A stretch of DNA of 64,000 bases from a virus. Of this stretch, positions 1 through 10,177 are shown one piece after another. The stretch covers positions 25,156-89,155 of the IMG/VR virus record IMGVR_UViG_3300042387_000725; one strand, given 5' to 3'. The notes beneath the pieces are model-generated. The model was given only the letters and a program-made list of their open reading frames with translations. It had not been told where the DNA came from and made no database searches. The position numbers and the translations under genes were made by a program. Numbering within the stretch: the first letter of the stretch is position 1; each line of letters begins with the position of its first letter.

Positions 1-3000
1 TCCCCCTTATTCTCTGTGAATCAATATTTTTTATTTCTTTCATAACTGATCTTGCAATATCATTAGCGTTTGAGCTAGACCCATTAATATTAAATCCTAA
101 AGTATAATTATACACTGCCGTTGAGCTATTATCCATTGATGTAGAATTATTAAGTACTGGAACATTTATTGATCTAGGCCCTCCTAGCATTGATGGATAC
201 TTTGACTCGTTTAATGACTGAAGCATTGGGCCTGCTGCACTTGCTGCATATTTATTAACTATAAACTCTCCAGGGGTGAGCATGGCTGGAACTGTATCGG
301 TGCCACGAGCAAATCCACCTGCTGCAAAATACTTAGGAACTAGTCCACCCCTAGACATCTTACCTACCTTACTTGATGCAGCAGCTAAAGCCCAAGGAGT
401 ATTTGAGCCAAACTGGGAGTTGTTTCCTGAAGTACCAGACTTTGGCTTAGATAGCGCTGCTGCTGCCTGGGCCCAAGGAGTGTTTGATCCAAATTGAGAG
501 TTACTTCCTGAAGTACCAGATGTTGTTCCAGATGATGTTCCAGAAGAGTTTGTTACTACATTATGAACTGTAGTAACTTCTCTATCTAAAGAAGCTATAG
601 CTGCAGCGATTCCTTCTGCATTTGCTAATTGCTTAATTAAAGTACTGTTATATTTTATTCCTGCTGCATCTGCTAAGCCTATTAATTCTTCTTGGTCAGC
701 AATTTGTTGTTTTGTTTGCCCAGCATAAATAGCTCCATCTTTTAGCTTTTGAGCTTCTGATTCTAGTGCAGCTATTTTTCTTTGAGTTGCTTCTATTTGC
801 CCCTCAATAGTTTTTTTCTGTGCTTCAAGAGTTAGTAGAGTTGTATTTTCAATAACACTAATCTGATATTGTAAATCTTTATTTTCCTTTTCAAGTTTAT
901 TTCTTCCAAGTCCTGCAATGGTTGCATCACGACTTGCTGTTAATCCATTTTTTAATCCAGCCAAAGCAGATTGAGCTTGTTGATCTCTTGCTTCTTGTAC
1001 TGCTGCTGCTGCTGCAGATATATCTCCACGAGTAATTGCATCTGCAATAGTCATTCTTTGTTTTTGTACATTTGCAATATCTTGATTTATTGTTTCAATT
1101 TTTTCTAATGCTGCTATTTGTGTATCATATTTTTCATTAACAATATCTTCTTGTCTTGATATTGCTTCAAGAGCAAAACTATTTGCATCAATTCTTGCAC
1201 GTAGTGGATCAAGTTGAGATTTTGTAACTTCATCAATTTTATCGTTTATAGATTGAAGAGAATCTTCTTGAGATTTTAATGCATCATTTTCTTTCTTTAG
1301 TTTTGGTGCAAAATCTATATCAATTAACTTTTCACGAAGAGCTATTAAAGCTGATGTACGTTCTACAAGAGACTTAAACTTTTCTTCTTCTGTCTGAAGA
1401 GATGTTTCAAAATCAAGTTTAGCAGTTCTATCCTGCATCGTAACTGTAATAATCTTATTAAGGTCTTCTGCTTGCAGTTTTCCATTTTTTACATTTTTAA
1501 TAAATTGTTGTGCAAAAGAAGGATCATCAAAAATATTTTTAATTTCTTCTGCATTTAACCCTAGATCTTTTAATACTGGAACTATAGCAGTAAACTGCCT
1601 TGTATAGTCTCTGTCTGCACGTAGCTCTGTAAGCTTACTCTTAACCAATGCTGCATCAGTTTCCTTAATTAACTTAATTAACTCTTTCCATTTTTTAGTT
1701 CCAACTTTTGTAGAGTTTATTCCTGCTGCTAGTATTGGATCTTTTGCTATTGCAAATGCTTTTCCTGCTGCAACTCCAGCATTTCTTAGAGTGCTGTAAG
1801 CTTTTGTTGTACCAACCATCTCTTTTCTTTGTTGCTTTAATTGTTCAATTGCTAGTTGAAATGGGCTTTTTTCTTTTGTGGTTGTATTTGTTGTTTCAAA
1901 AGGTTTTGTAGCAACAACTTGACTTGCAATGGCATCAGTAACAAGTCTGTATTTTTCTAGTTCTGCTTTTGCTGCTGCTATTTTAGCTGGATTCTTTGAC
2001 ATTAAGTCTGTAAAAATACTTTGAGCAACAGATGCATTAACCAAAGAAGCTCTTAACAATAACATCTTTGTATCATAGTCTGTTATGCCAGCAGCTGCTT
2101 TAGCAAACTCAGGATTTAAATTAGTCATGATCTTATCCATCAACATCATTCCTACGGTTCCTTGAGGAATGGTATTTGATATCTCTGCCATCTTTTTATT
2201 ATATTCGTCTGCTTTAATTGTTTGATTTCCAAATGCTGTAGTTAGCCCAGCAAAGGTGTTAGCAAGTGCTGCAGATGAAATGTTTAATTGTTTTTGCTGC
2301 TCTTTTGTTAATTCCATTTTAGATGTAGCAGTAGCACCTGCAGTCATATTATCTGATATTGGTAAAGGAATTATCTTTCCTTTAAATGCTTTATTAAGTC
2401 CTTTTGTTACATCTTTTGCTAAATCTACTACAGCCTTTTTGCCTGATTCGCTAGTAAGGTCAATCTTTTTAAATTTTAATGCAACATCTGTTTTACCAGC
2501 TTCTTCACCTAAAGCATCAATATAAGTTTTAATAGCCTCATCTGTAAAACCTTGTCCACTTAAGTCTAAAGCAATAGCATTAAAAGCAATTTCTGCCTCT
2601 CCTACTGTTGCCTGCTTAATTGCTTTAATTTCATTTTTATATTTATCTAAAAATTCTTGACTGCTTCTTAATTCATCTACAGCAGTTTGCTCTTTAGCGT
2701 CAAGCTGATTAGCGCTGACTCTTGCTCCAGAGCCTGCTCTTGCTGTAGGTGTTTGACCTAACAAGTCTGCTAAAATTTTAACCTTATCTTTTGATAAAGT
2801 CATTGCTTTTGCAAGCCCCTCAGCAGCAAATGCTGCTTGATCGCTTCTGTGCTTAAGGAACTTAAATGCTCCATAAGCTGCTACAACTGCTGTTGTTGCT
2901 AGGCCTATTGGACCAAGAAACTTTGTAATCCCAAGTCCAAGTCTTGCTATATTACCCATTAAACCAGACTTTCCAACAAGTCCAGGCATTGCAGCAATTC

Positions 3001-6000
3001 CTCCACCACCCTTAGCCATCTTCATTGCACTTGAAGCAATTGATAATCTTGTCGCAACTAACTCTGCCATTTTTGTTTGTGTTAGTAGTTGTGTAACAGA
3101 CATTAGTCCAAACAATAGTCCAGAGAACTTCATTACCTGTTGAGAAACGGTACCCATTGTTCCGCCAAACATAGAGCCAGCACCTGCAAGAGATGTCAGT
3201 GCAAAGGTTCCACCCATCAATCCTTTATTAAGCTGGTCCATTCTTTGATTCATGACCTGCATCTTGGTAGCTTGTTCTTTTACCTTGCTTCTCATCATGT
3301 CTTCTTGATAAGCCATTGATAGTAATGCTGGATCAGATATTGCTATACCTCTTGATAAAGGAGATCCCTGTGGTACTGATACTCTACGTGCTCCAGACTT
3401 ACGTACTCCAGACTGAGTTCCACCTGTTGCAGCTGTACCAAGTTGTTCTCCAGACCTTTGGACATCATCAACCTTGCTATCCATTCCAACTTCAAGTCCA
3501 CGACCAATATCTTGGCCAACCTTTATAGCCTTTTTTGAAGGAGACTTGGTTTCTGCTCCTATTGCAATTCCCTCTATTGTATATTGTCCTACATCAATTC
3601 CAGCTTTACGTGCTTCTTCTACAACCTTTTTAGACATTAACTTAATGTCACCAACATATGCATCAAGCATCTTCTTTGTTTCTTTACTTAATTTTGAGTA
3701 CATTTCTTTAATTGCTGCAGCATCTCTCATGCCTGCTTCTTGTGCTGCCTTTGTTGTAAACTTTCCTCCTTGCTGAGTAGGAAAACGTCCTGGCAATTGT
3801 TCTTGTACTACTTTATTAACTTTTCTTCTATTTGTTGAAGAGTTATACGCTCCTCTAAATTGAGTTCTTCCGCCAGTTTTTACTGCACCAAACTGCTCTT
3901 TCATTGCTCCAGGTTTTCTTAGTTCTTCACGAGCAGCTCTAACTTGTTCATTTGTTTTTGCGACAACATCATATGCGTCTTGTGTTATTTTATTAATTTC
4001 TTCTGCGGTAACAGTTGTTTGATCCTTTAAGCCGTCTATTCCTTTTTCAAACTCTTTTGCTAAATCTTTAACTGCAATCTCTAGCTCTTCTGGAGAAGCA
4101 CCAGCCTCTTGCATCTTAACAAGCAATGGAGCATTATATGCACCAGCACCAGACACTGCTTCCTGTTTAAATAATTCTGTTGATGCTCTTTTACCTGAGC
4201 CAACTTCTCCAATTGCTTGATTAAGGTCTGAACTTTGAACTACAACTTCATTTGAAAATACATCAAACGCATGCTCTAGTCCATCTTGAACTGAAGCAAT
4301 TAATGTATTAATAGTATCTTTAACGCTTTGAGTTTGTGTTTTAGCAAATTCTAGTAATTCTGATCCAGTCATTTTCATTGCTGGAGCGAAATGTCCTAAC
4401 TCATAAGAATCTTGAAGCCTAAACGCCTTGTCTCCACCAACAATTCCAGCTCTCTTAAATCCAGGTATGTTTCCAGAAATAAGTCCTTCAACTATTCCAG
4501 GATACTTTTTAACTATTTCTGCAGAAATAATTGCTTCTCCATTAGAAGCCATAATTGGAACTGAGTCAGAGGTTGGCCCTCCAGGTCCTGAAATTATTCC
4601 CCCCTGTGCAAACTTCTTTGCTCCTGTTCCTGGCATCATCATTCCAGGATTAGCTCTAGCAAAGTTTGCCGATGCTACTGCTGCCGAAGAATATGCTGCT
4701 ATAAGTTTTTGTATTGCTGCTGCTTCTGCCGTAAAGGTTTGTGTTAATGTTGCGTGTGTCTGATTAAGAGAGTGAGCTGCTGCTGCAGCATCTAGCTGCT
4801 CCATTGTCATGTACTGAGTTTGTTCGCCAAGTATTTGAGACTGACCAGTTAATCTTTGATACCCGTTACGAAGTGTCATAAATAGTTTAATTATATTTGC
4901 AACACCGTTGGCAAGCAAACCAAACGTCATAAGTAGTACTGGACCTACCGCTCCAATTCCAACAGTTAAAAGTGTTATTACTTTTTTAGTTCCATCTGAA
5001 AGATTTGCAAACTTTTCAAGTATATTTGCAACAAACTCAACAATTGGAGTTACTGCCTCTAGAAATGCTTTTCCTACAGGAATGATGGCAACTTTAAGAT
5101 CTTCAACTGTTTTCTTAAATTTATTCATTGCTGATTCTGCAGTTTGACCTAATTCTTTTTCAGATAGCGAAGAAAGTTCTTCTACTGATGAATTTGCCAA
5201 ACCAAGAACTCTTGCAGCTTGATTTCCTTCTTTGGTTACGTTTGCAAACAATGCTGATAGACGTGCAAACTGGAACTTGCCAAACATCTGCTCAATAACC
5301 TGGGCCCTGTTAAGTGGATCTAGTGCATTAAGCGCATTAGCAAATTCAATAACTGTTGCTTTAAGATCACCCTTATTATTCTCAACAATTGCAGTTGCAT
5401 TAATTCCAAAAGACTTAAGCATTGCACTTGCTTTACCTGTTGGATTAATTAAAGAAGCAAGACCAGACTTTAATGCGTTTGCTCCTTCTGATGCATTAAT
5501 TCCACCTTCTTTCATTGCTGCCATAAAAAATGCTAAGTCTTTAACATCTCCACCAAGTTGCTGGATTACTGGCGCTACCTTTGGAATAGCAGTAGTAATA
5601 TCATCAAGTGATACAACTGTTTGGTTTTCTACTGCGTTAAGGAAGTTAATAGAATCTGCAAGTTTTGCAGAAGACATTCCAAAAGCATTTTGTAAAGAGA
5701 TAGTAGTTTCAAGAGCCTGCTGACTTTCAATTTGTCCAAGAATAGAAAGACGTGTTGCTTCTGTTGTTTGTCTTTGAAGATCTAAACCTGAAAAACCTGC
5801 TGCAGCAGCATCTGCTGCTAATCCAACAGTAGTAGATACAGCAACTCCATATTTAGTAAACTGCTTACCAAGCTCTGTAATATTTGCTAAGGCTTGTTCT
5901 GTTTCTTCAGCTGGAGTAAATAAGTCTCCGTATACCTTTTTAAACTTAATCGCTTGAGCTTCCATGTCCATAAAAGATTTTGCTGCTGCTGTTCCAACAG

Positions 6001-6607
6001 CCATAAGTGGAAGGGTAAAACCAACCATAAGCTGACGACCAGCCCACTGAGTATTTTTACCAAAGTTAAGAAGGTTAGTAGAGCCCTGCTTCATTAGCTG
6101 ATTAAAGAGTGCCTGCTTCTGTGCTGCTAACTGAACCTGTGTTGCATAATCAGACATATCAAGCTTAGTAGGCATAATGGCCATTGCTTGCATTGCACCG
6201 TTTGTATCACGGCCCATCTTGATATACTGAGTTTGTAGCTTCTTTACACGTTCTTCTGCTACCCTGCCAATTGTGTCAAACTCAGATTTAAATAGACGAC
6301 CAAAGGTTTTAGTAGATGCTCCAGCATAACGGAAATACTCCCGCATTGAGAACTTATTTTTTTCTAATGAATTTGTAAAAGATTCTGCAGAAGTTTTTAC
6401 TGTTCGCATCTCAGCAGTGAGTCCACTGATTGCGTTAATACTATTTAAAAGATTTTTTTGCAAACCTCTTTGTGCGATAGCTGCAGATTCACTTGATTTG
6501 GCTACTGAGGTGTGGAACTGAGAGATTTGTCTTTGCAGTGACTTAAGTTGCGTCAGTGCATTAGACGAATCAATATTAATGTCAATATTAGCATTAACAT
6601 CAGCCAT
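1..6607 (-). CDS. Tail tape measure protein, >2200 aa, 3' end beyond the window
   Basis: Starts MADVNANIDINID at 6607; the first ~750 codons and the last codons (...MKEIKNIDSQRIRG at position 1) read open in the same frame. Ala/Gln-rich helical sequence with a TP901-type core (GINASEGANALKSGL) and FAxGG...DxVP motifs; follows the tail chaperones. Absent from the ORF track, consistent with no stop inside the window. Confidence 0.93.
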   Translation of the reverse strand, partial: MADVNANIDINIDSSNALTQLKSLQRQISQFHTSVAKSSESAAIAQRGLQKNLLNSINAISGLTAEMRTVKTSAESFTNSLEKNKFSMREYFRYAGASTKTFGRLFKSEFDTIGRVAEERVKKLQTQYIKMGRDTNGAMQAMAIMPTKLDMSDYATQVQLAAQKQALFNQLMKQGSTNLLNFGKNTQWAGRQLMVGFTLPLMAVGTAAAKSFMDMEAQAIKFKKVYGDLFTPAEETEQALANITELGKQFTKYGVAVSTTVGLAADAAAAGFSGLDLQRQTTEATRLSILGQIESQQALETTISLQNAFGMSSAKLADSINFLNAVENQTVVSLDDITTAIPKVAPVIQQLGGDVKDLAFFMAAMKEGGINASEGANALKSGLASLINPTGKASAMLKSFGINATAIVENNKGDLKATVIEFANALNALDPLNRAQVIEQMFGKFQFARLSALFANVTKEGNQAARVLGLANSSVEELSSLSEKELGQTAESAMNKFKKTVEDLKVAIIPVGKAFLEAVTPIVEFVANILEKFANLSDGTKKVITLLTVGIGAVGPVLLMTFGLLANGVANIIKLFMTLRNGYQRLTGQSQILGEQTQYMTMEQLDAAAAAHSLNQTHATLTQTFTAEAAAIQKLIAAYSSAAVASANFARANPGMMMPGTGAKKFAQGGIISGPGGPTSDSVPIMASNGEAIISAEIVKKYPGIVEGLISGNIPGFKRAGIVGGDKAFRLQDSYELGHFAPAMKMTGSELLEFAKTQTQSVKDTINTLIASVQDGLEHAFDVFSNEVVVQSSDLNQAIGEVGSGKRASTELFKQEAVSGAGAYNAPLLVKMQEAGASPEELEIAVKDLAKEFEKGIDGLKDQTTVTAEEINKITQDAYDVVAKTNEQVRAAREELRKPGAMKEQFGAVKTGGRTQFRGAYNSSTNRRKVNKVVQEQLPGRFPTQQGGKFTTKAAQEAGMRDAAAIKEMYSKLSKETKKMLDAYVGDIKLMSKKVVEEARKAGIDVGQYTIEGIAIGAETKSPSKKAIKVGQDIGRGLEVGMDSKVDDVQRSGEQLGTAATGGTQSGVRKSGARRVSVPQGSPLSRGIAISDPALLSMAYQEDMMRSKVKEQATKMQVMNQRMDQLNKGLMGGTFALTSLAGAGSMFGGTMGTVSQQVMKFSGLLFGLMSVTQLLTQTKMAELVATRLSIASSAMKMAKGGGGIAAMPGLVGKSGLMGNIARLGLGITKFLGPIGLATTAVVAAYGAFKFLKHRSDQAAFAAEGLAKAMTLSKDKVKILADLLGQTPTARAGSGARVSANQLDAKEQTAVDELRSSQEFLDKYKNEIKAIKQATVGEAEIAFNAIALDLSGQGFTDEAIKTYIDALGEEAGKTDVALKFKKIDLTSESGKKAVVDLAKDVTKGLNKAFKGKIIPLPISDNMTAGATATSKMELTKEQQKQLNISSAALANTFAGLTTAFGNQTIKADEYNKKMAEISNTIPQGTVGMMLMDKIMTNLNPEFAKAAAGITDYDTKMLLLRASLVNASVAQSIFTDLMSKNPAKIAAAKAELEKYRLVTDAIASQVVATKPFETTNTTTKEKSPFQLAIEQLKQQRKEMVGTTKAYSTLRNAGVAAGKAFAIAKDPILAAGINSTKVGTKKWKELIKLIKETDAALVKSKLTELRADRDYTRQFTAIVPVLKDLGLNAEEIKNIFDDPSFAQQFIKNVKNGKLQAEDLNKIITVTMQDRTAKLDFETSLQTEEEKFKSLVERTSALIALREKLIDIDFAPKLKKENDALKSQEDSLQSINDKIDEVTKSQLDPLRARIDANSFALEAISRQEDIVNEKYDTQIAALEKIETINQDIANVQKQRMTIADAITRGDISAAAAAVQEARDQQAQSALAGLKNGLTASRDATIAGLGRNKLEKENKDLQYQISVIENTTLLTLEAQKKTIEGQIEATQRKIAALESEAQKLKDGAIYAGQTKQQIADQEELIGLADAAGIKYNSTLIKQLANAEGIAAAIASLDREVTTVHNVVTNSSGTSSGTTSGTSGSNSQFGSNTPWAQAAAALSKPKSGTSGNNSQFGSNTPWALAAASSKVGKMSRGGLVPKYFAAGGFARGTDTVPAMLTPGEFIVNKYAASAAGPMLQSLNESKYPSMLGGPRSINVPVLNNSTSMDNSSTAVYNYTLGFNINGSSSNANDIARSVMKEIKNIDSQRIRG
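390..520 (-). repeat. Imperfect 50-nt direct repeat inside the tape measure gene (SGTSG[N/S]NSQFGSNTPWA x2)
   Basis: 390-439 and 471-520 are near-identical (gcccaaggagt...cctgaagtaccaga). Confidence 0.85.
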
Positions 6608-6629
6608 TTAGTTCCACACCTCTTTTAAG

Positions 6630-6959
6630 TTATTCAGCCATAGTTACGCCAAGAACGTCTGAAACTTCAGCAAGTTTAATTCCTGATGCTGCTTCTACGA
6701 TCTTGTAAACTGTTGGAAGATCTACGATTTCCTCAAGTTTTTCTACGTCTTCTGAGAGTTCTGGCTTGTACTGCTTCATTGCAATCTGAACACATTCCAT
6801 AAGAATGTCCATAGACTTTTCATTGTTTTCCGCCACTGCTCCCACACCCTCAAACTTCTTCATAAACGGACGAAGTAGAGAGATTTTTAGAGGACGTACT
6901 GTAATTTTTGTGCCATCAATTAACGTGAGGGTCGTGCCCTCATGTGTAGTTGTTGCCAT
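6630..6959 (-). CDS. Tail assembly chaperone, short (gpG-like) form
   Basis: Lies between tail tube and tape measure genes; homologous to the N-terminal ~100 aa of 7009-7701; SD ggagg. Confidence 0.75.
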   Translation of the reverse strand: MATTTHEGTTLTLIDGTKITVRPLKISLLRPFMKKFEGVGAVAENNEKSMDILMECVQIAMKQYKPELSEDVEKLEEIVDLPTVYKIVEAASGIKLAEVSDVLGVTMAE

Positions 6960-7008
6960 TGTTCCTCCTATATAGGTTAATGTTAATTATAGCACGTTCA
7001 GGCTTATT

Positions 7009-7701
7009 TTAAGTTAAATTCTCATACTCTAGGCCAAGTCCAATTCCAAACCCTGCTTTTTCAGCATTATATCCCTGCAATGCTAAAATATCATTACTGT
7101 CTCCAGTTGCACCACGACTAAATACTCTAGCCTTCATGTCTTCCCACTCTTTTTGTCCTTTGCCAGATTCAGAGTTAGATTCTAGGTCAACTCCTTGAAT
7201 AGCAGCCAAAAACTTTTTCTCTTCGTAATCTAGTTCTCTTTTACTTGATAACGTAATCATTAACTCTGGCATAGACAAAGACTCTTCTAGTTCTTTATAA
7301 TCTTTCCATATTCCCAGCAAAAATACTTCAGATTCAATTTTTGCTAAGTCTAAATCAAGCCAGGATGACCCACTATCTGTTGCTTGATCCTTTACGGGTT
7401 CTTCTGACTTTTGATTTATTTTTATGCCTGCAGATACATCTAAAACCTTATATATGGTTGGCATATCAATGTTATCTTCTATATCTGATTTATTTTTAGA
7501 TATTTGTGGATAAAACTGTTTCATTGCTATTCTTACGCATTCAACTAAAAAATCAATTGCCTCATCATCATTTTTAGATTTTTTTACATCTTCAAATGAT
7601 TCCATGAATTCACGTAAATATTTTATTTTTAATGGAACTATTTCCAATTCTGTTCCATCAATTAGTTTTACATTTTTGCTTTGATATACAGTTGTTGCCA
7701 T
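7009..7701 (-). CDS. Tail assembly chaperone, long (gpGT-like) form
   Basis: N-half matches 6630-6959; C-half (LGIWKDYKELEESLSMPEL) resembles post-frameshift gpT segments; position after tail tube. Confidence 0.72.
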   Translation of the reverse strand: MATTVYQSKNVKLIDGTELEIVPLKIKYLREFMESFEDVKKSKNDDEAIDFLVECVRIAMKQFYPQISKNKSDIEDNIDMPTIYKVLDVSAGIKINQKSEEPVKDQATDSGSSWLDLDLAKIESEVFLLGIWKDYKELEESLSMPELMITLSSKRELDYEEKKFLAAIQGVDLESNSESGKGQKEWEDMKARVFSRGATGDSNDILALQGYNAEKAGFGIGLGLEYENLT

Positions 7702-7719
7702 AATCTTTCTATTCTATCA

Positions 7720-7752
7720 CAAAAACAAAAAACCCACCTAGTTAAAGGTGGG
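7720..7752 (-). terminator. Intrinsic terminator after tail tube gene
   Basis: CCCACCT/AGGTGGG stem with a U-rich tail on the minus strand. Confidence 0.75.
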
Positions 7753-7776
7753 CCTTTGTATTAATCTAATTATAGA

Positions 7777-8418
7777 TTATGACTGTCCGTATGTGCGATC
7801 TACGATCTTACCATATGAACCAGATGTATCCTCTGGAAGAAGACGGAAAGAAACTTCAAACATTGAAGCCTCATCACGCTTTGCAGATACTGTAACATTC
7901 TCAATTGAGAGTGCACGGTAAGCAGTGTAAACACGCTCTACTGTGTCAGCTGTTAGAGGATTACCTGTTCCTGGACCAACTGCTACGATACCACGCTCTA
8001 CAGGAACGTCGCCAATATCTCCAGCGGAAAGATTTAGTTCCCGTCCTGTAGATGCTGCCTTGTTTCCTGAGATTTCTTCTTCTTGGTATGCCAATGCAAC
8101 AAGTAGGTTTTCAAGTGTTGCTTCAGCAAATGCTGTTGCCATATTAACTTGCATACCCTGCTTGTATAGTCTTGCAACGTCAAGAATCTGATCTACCTGA
8201 ACTTCACCAAAATCTGGCTGGAACTGTAGTTCCAAACCATTCATTGTGTATCCTACGTTAGTGTAGGAATTTGATGCTGGTGATGTTGAGAGTGTATCCT
8301 TAAAAGATTCACTTGAATCAAAATCTTCAATAGTTGCAGGAGTTAGTGTTGTATCAGCAATAAAAAGTGCTGCTGCTCCAACAATGATGTTATTTGATGT
8401 ACCACGGCTATATGCCAT
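7777..8418 (-). CDS. Major tail tube protein
   Basis: 213 aa, NIIVGAAALF...VGYTMNGLELQFQP...VDQ motif typical of siphovirus tubes; synteny. Confidence 0.85.
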   Translation of the reverse strand: MAYSRGTSNNIIVGAAALFIADTTLTPATIEDFDSSESFKDTLSTSPASNSYTNVGYTMNGLELQFQPDFGEVQVDQILDVARLYKQGMQVNMATAFAEATLENLLVALAYQEEEISGNKAASTGRELNLSAGDIGDVPVERGIVAVGPGTGNPLTADTVERVYTAYRALSIENVTVSAKRDEASMFEVSFRLLPEDTSGSYGKIVDRTYGQS

Positions 8419-8500
8419 ATTTTATCTCCTTTATGAAAGTTATATTAAGTTGTCTTGCAATGTACGGCGTTTGTTTCCTCAGACTAAATTATACAGCCTT

Positions 8501-9046
8501 TTATGTATATCTAGAATTTGGCTCAGTTTTGACGTGATAGTCATATTCTACAATAATCTTATTTACAAATAATGTTCTTGCTGAGGCTAGTTCTGCCACA
8601 TCCCTGCTCTCGTCTGCCTGATATACCCTTGTATTATGGAAAAAAATGTTAGGGGATTCAAGATTTGCTATGGACCAAGAATTGACATCTTGGGCTGAAG
8701 AGTCTTCACGATCTAAGGCGCTTGATATTACTCTTACTGAGTCTATGAGCTTAGCCACATCTGTAGAGTAAATAAAATATATCAACTGCTCTCTTTTGTG
8801 AGCATAAAATGGTGTTGGACGAAATCTCATCAGTCTGTCATAAACTATTAGTATAGGGCTATCTGTTTGTCTAATTGAAACGTTGTCATTATATAAGTCT
8901 TCAATATTGGTTGGAAATTGTGCAGGAACCATTGGGCTAGGACTGAGTAAATCGGCATCCGCAACTAATCCATGGAATGCTAGTTCTGAAAGAATGTATC
9001 CGTTTATTAGTGCTGGTGGAAATCCAGTATCTGTTGCTATAGTCAT
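8501..9046 (-). CDS. Tail terminator / tail completion protein
   Basis: Position immediately upstream of tail tube; size; leaderless TAGAAT-6nt-ATG start. Confidence 0.6.
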   Translation of the reverse strand: MTIATDTGFPPALINGYILSELAFHGLVADADLLSPSPMVPAQFPTNIEDLYNDNVSIRQTDSPILIVYDRLMRFRPTPFYAHKREQLIYFIYSTDVAKLIDSVRVISSALDREDSSAQDVNSWSIANLESPNIFFHNTRVYQADESRDVAELASARTLFVNKIIVEYDYHVKTEPNSRYT

Positions 9047-9050
9047 AATG

Positions 9051-9728
9051 TTATTCTACACCAATTGTTGCATTTGTTATCCACTTAAACCCTGTTTCAA
9101 CACCCTTGCTTTTACCCATTCTTGAACCAGCCTTAAAGTTATTTTTATAAATAGTTGGCTTTTTAATATAGTCATATAGCCCTGAAGCTTTTAAAAATGA
9201 TTGTTTAAAGTATCTACTCATAAACTCATCAACTGCTGACTCAAAGCTCCCATAAACTTCATTTCCTCCAGGAGATTCTACAGTTATTGGCCTTCTTGTA
9301 AACACCTCTCCACTTGGACCGTTAAATCTTAACACACCTGATCTTTTTGGAGAAATAGTAACTGGTATTCCTTCTTCCATAATTTTTGCTTTATTATAAA
9401 ATGGTGTATTCATATTTTCTGAAACACTTCTTGATTGAGTAAAAGTAGAATTAACTGAAAGCCCCAGGTTGCTAACTTTATGCGTTAAATTAAATAGTCT
9501 TGATCCTGGACTACCAGTTTTATTCCATTCATAAACGTGATGCAAGGCGTTTGGATTTGATCTTGCTTGGACATCAACATATTGACCTAAAGCTTCAATA
9601 ACTCCTATGCCTAATTTATTAAAGAATATTTTTTTGCCACGTTCTACTCCATCTAAAAAACCAAAAGAATAATTTACTATATTATTTAGTTGAGCATTAA
9701 TTGATCTAGAGTTGGCTGTAATTATCAT
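9051..9728 (-). CDS. Neck / tail completion protein
   Basis: Synteny between head closure and tail terminator; start placed at the TAATG overlap (MIITANS). Confidence 0.5.
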   Translation of the reverse strand: MIITANSRSINAQLNNIVNYSFGFLDGVERGKKIFFNKLGIGVIEALGQYVDVQARSNPNALHHVYEWNKTGSPGSRLFNLTHKVSNLGLSVNSTFTQSRSVSENMNTPFYNKAKIMEEGIPVTISPKRSGVLRFNGPSGEVFTRRPITVESPGGNEVYGSFESAVDEFMSRYFKQSFLKASGLYDYIKKPTIYKNNFKAGSRMGKSKGVETGFKWITNATIGVE

Positions 9729-10177
9729 TAGTCGCCTACCGTTTGATTTTCGGTTCTGCGCCAAAGCATTTTATAATATTCTATTGAACCAAAGGCACCA
9801 GTAAACGGTTCTACTGTTGCTATTTCATAGATTGTTCCTCTGCCAGATCTTGGTCCAGCAGTTTCTATATAAATTATGCGATCACTTGAATCTCTTATGT
9901 TTGTTATTAATATATTGGTAATAGCATTACCTGAGTTGTTTGATGAAAATCTTGGGTCATTCTGTGTTCTTGCAATAAGTTTATTTTCATACTGTAAAAA
10001 GGTTTCTGGCTTAATGTCTTCACTTCCTGCTCCACCAACAGATGTAGCATTGCATGCAATTGTTCTATCAAATACCCAATCTTTTTTAGGCTGTCCATAT
10101 TCACCTTGTGTGATTATTGGAAAGTATATGTCTGCTTTCATTGGAAACATAAAAGTTGTAGTATCACAAGTCATCAC
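9728..10177 (-). CDS. Head closure (stopper) protein
   Basis: 149 aa, beta-rich (GEYGQPKKDW...IYEIATVEP); synteny. Confidence 0.55.
   Translation of the reverse strand: MMTCDTTTFMFPMKADIYFPIITQGEYGQPKKDWVFDRTIACNATSVGGAGSEDIKPETFLQYENKLIARTQNDPRFSSNNSGNAITNILITNIRDSSDRIIYIETAGPRSGRGTIYEIATVEPFTGAFGSIEYYKMLWRRTENQTVGD

Noticed and set aside
276-5723. Plus-strand ORFs of 70-163 aa in the ORF track
   Set aside because: Antisense shadows of the tape measure gene; no RBS or recognisable motifs.
6960-7420. Programmed -1 frameshift in the tail chaperone
   Set aside because: The long form is already one open frame and the short form is a separate downstream gene.
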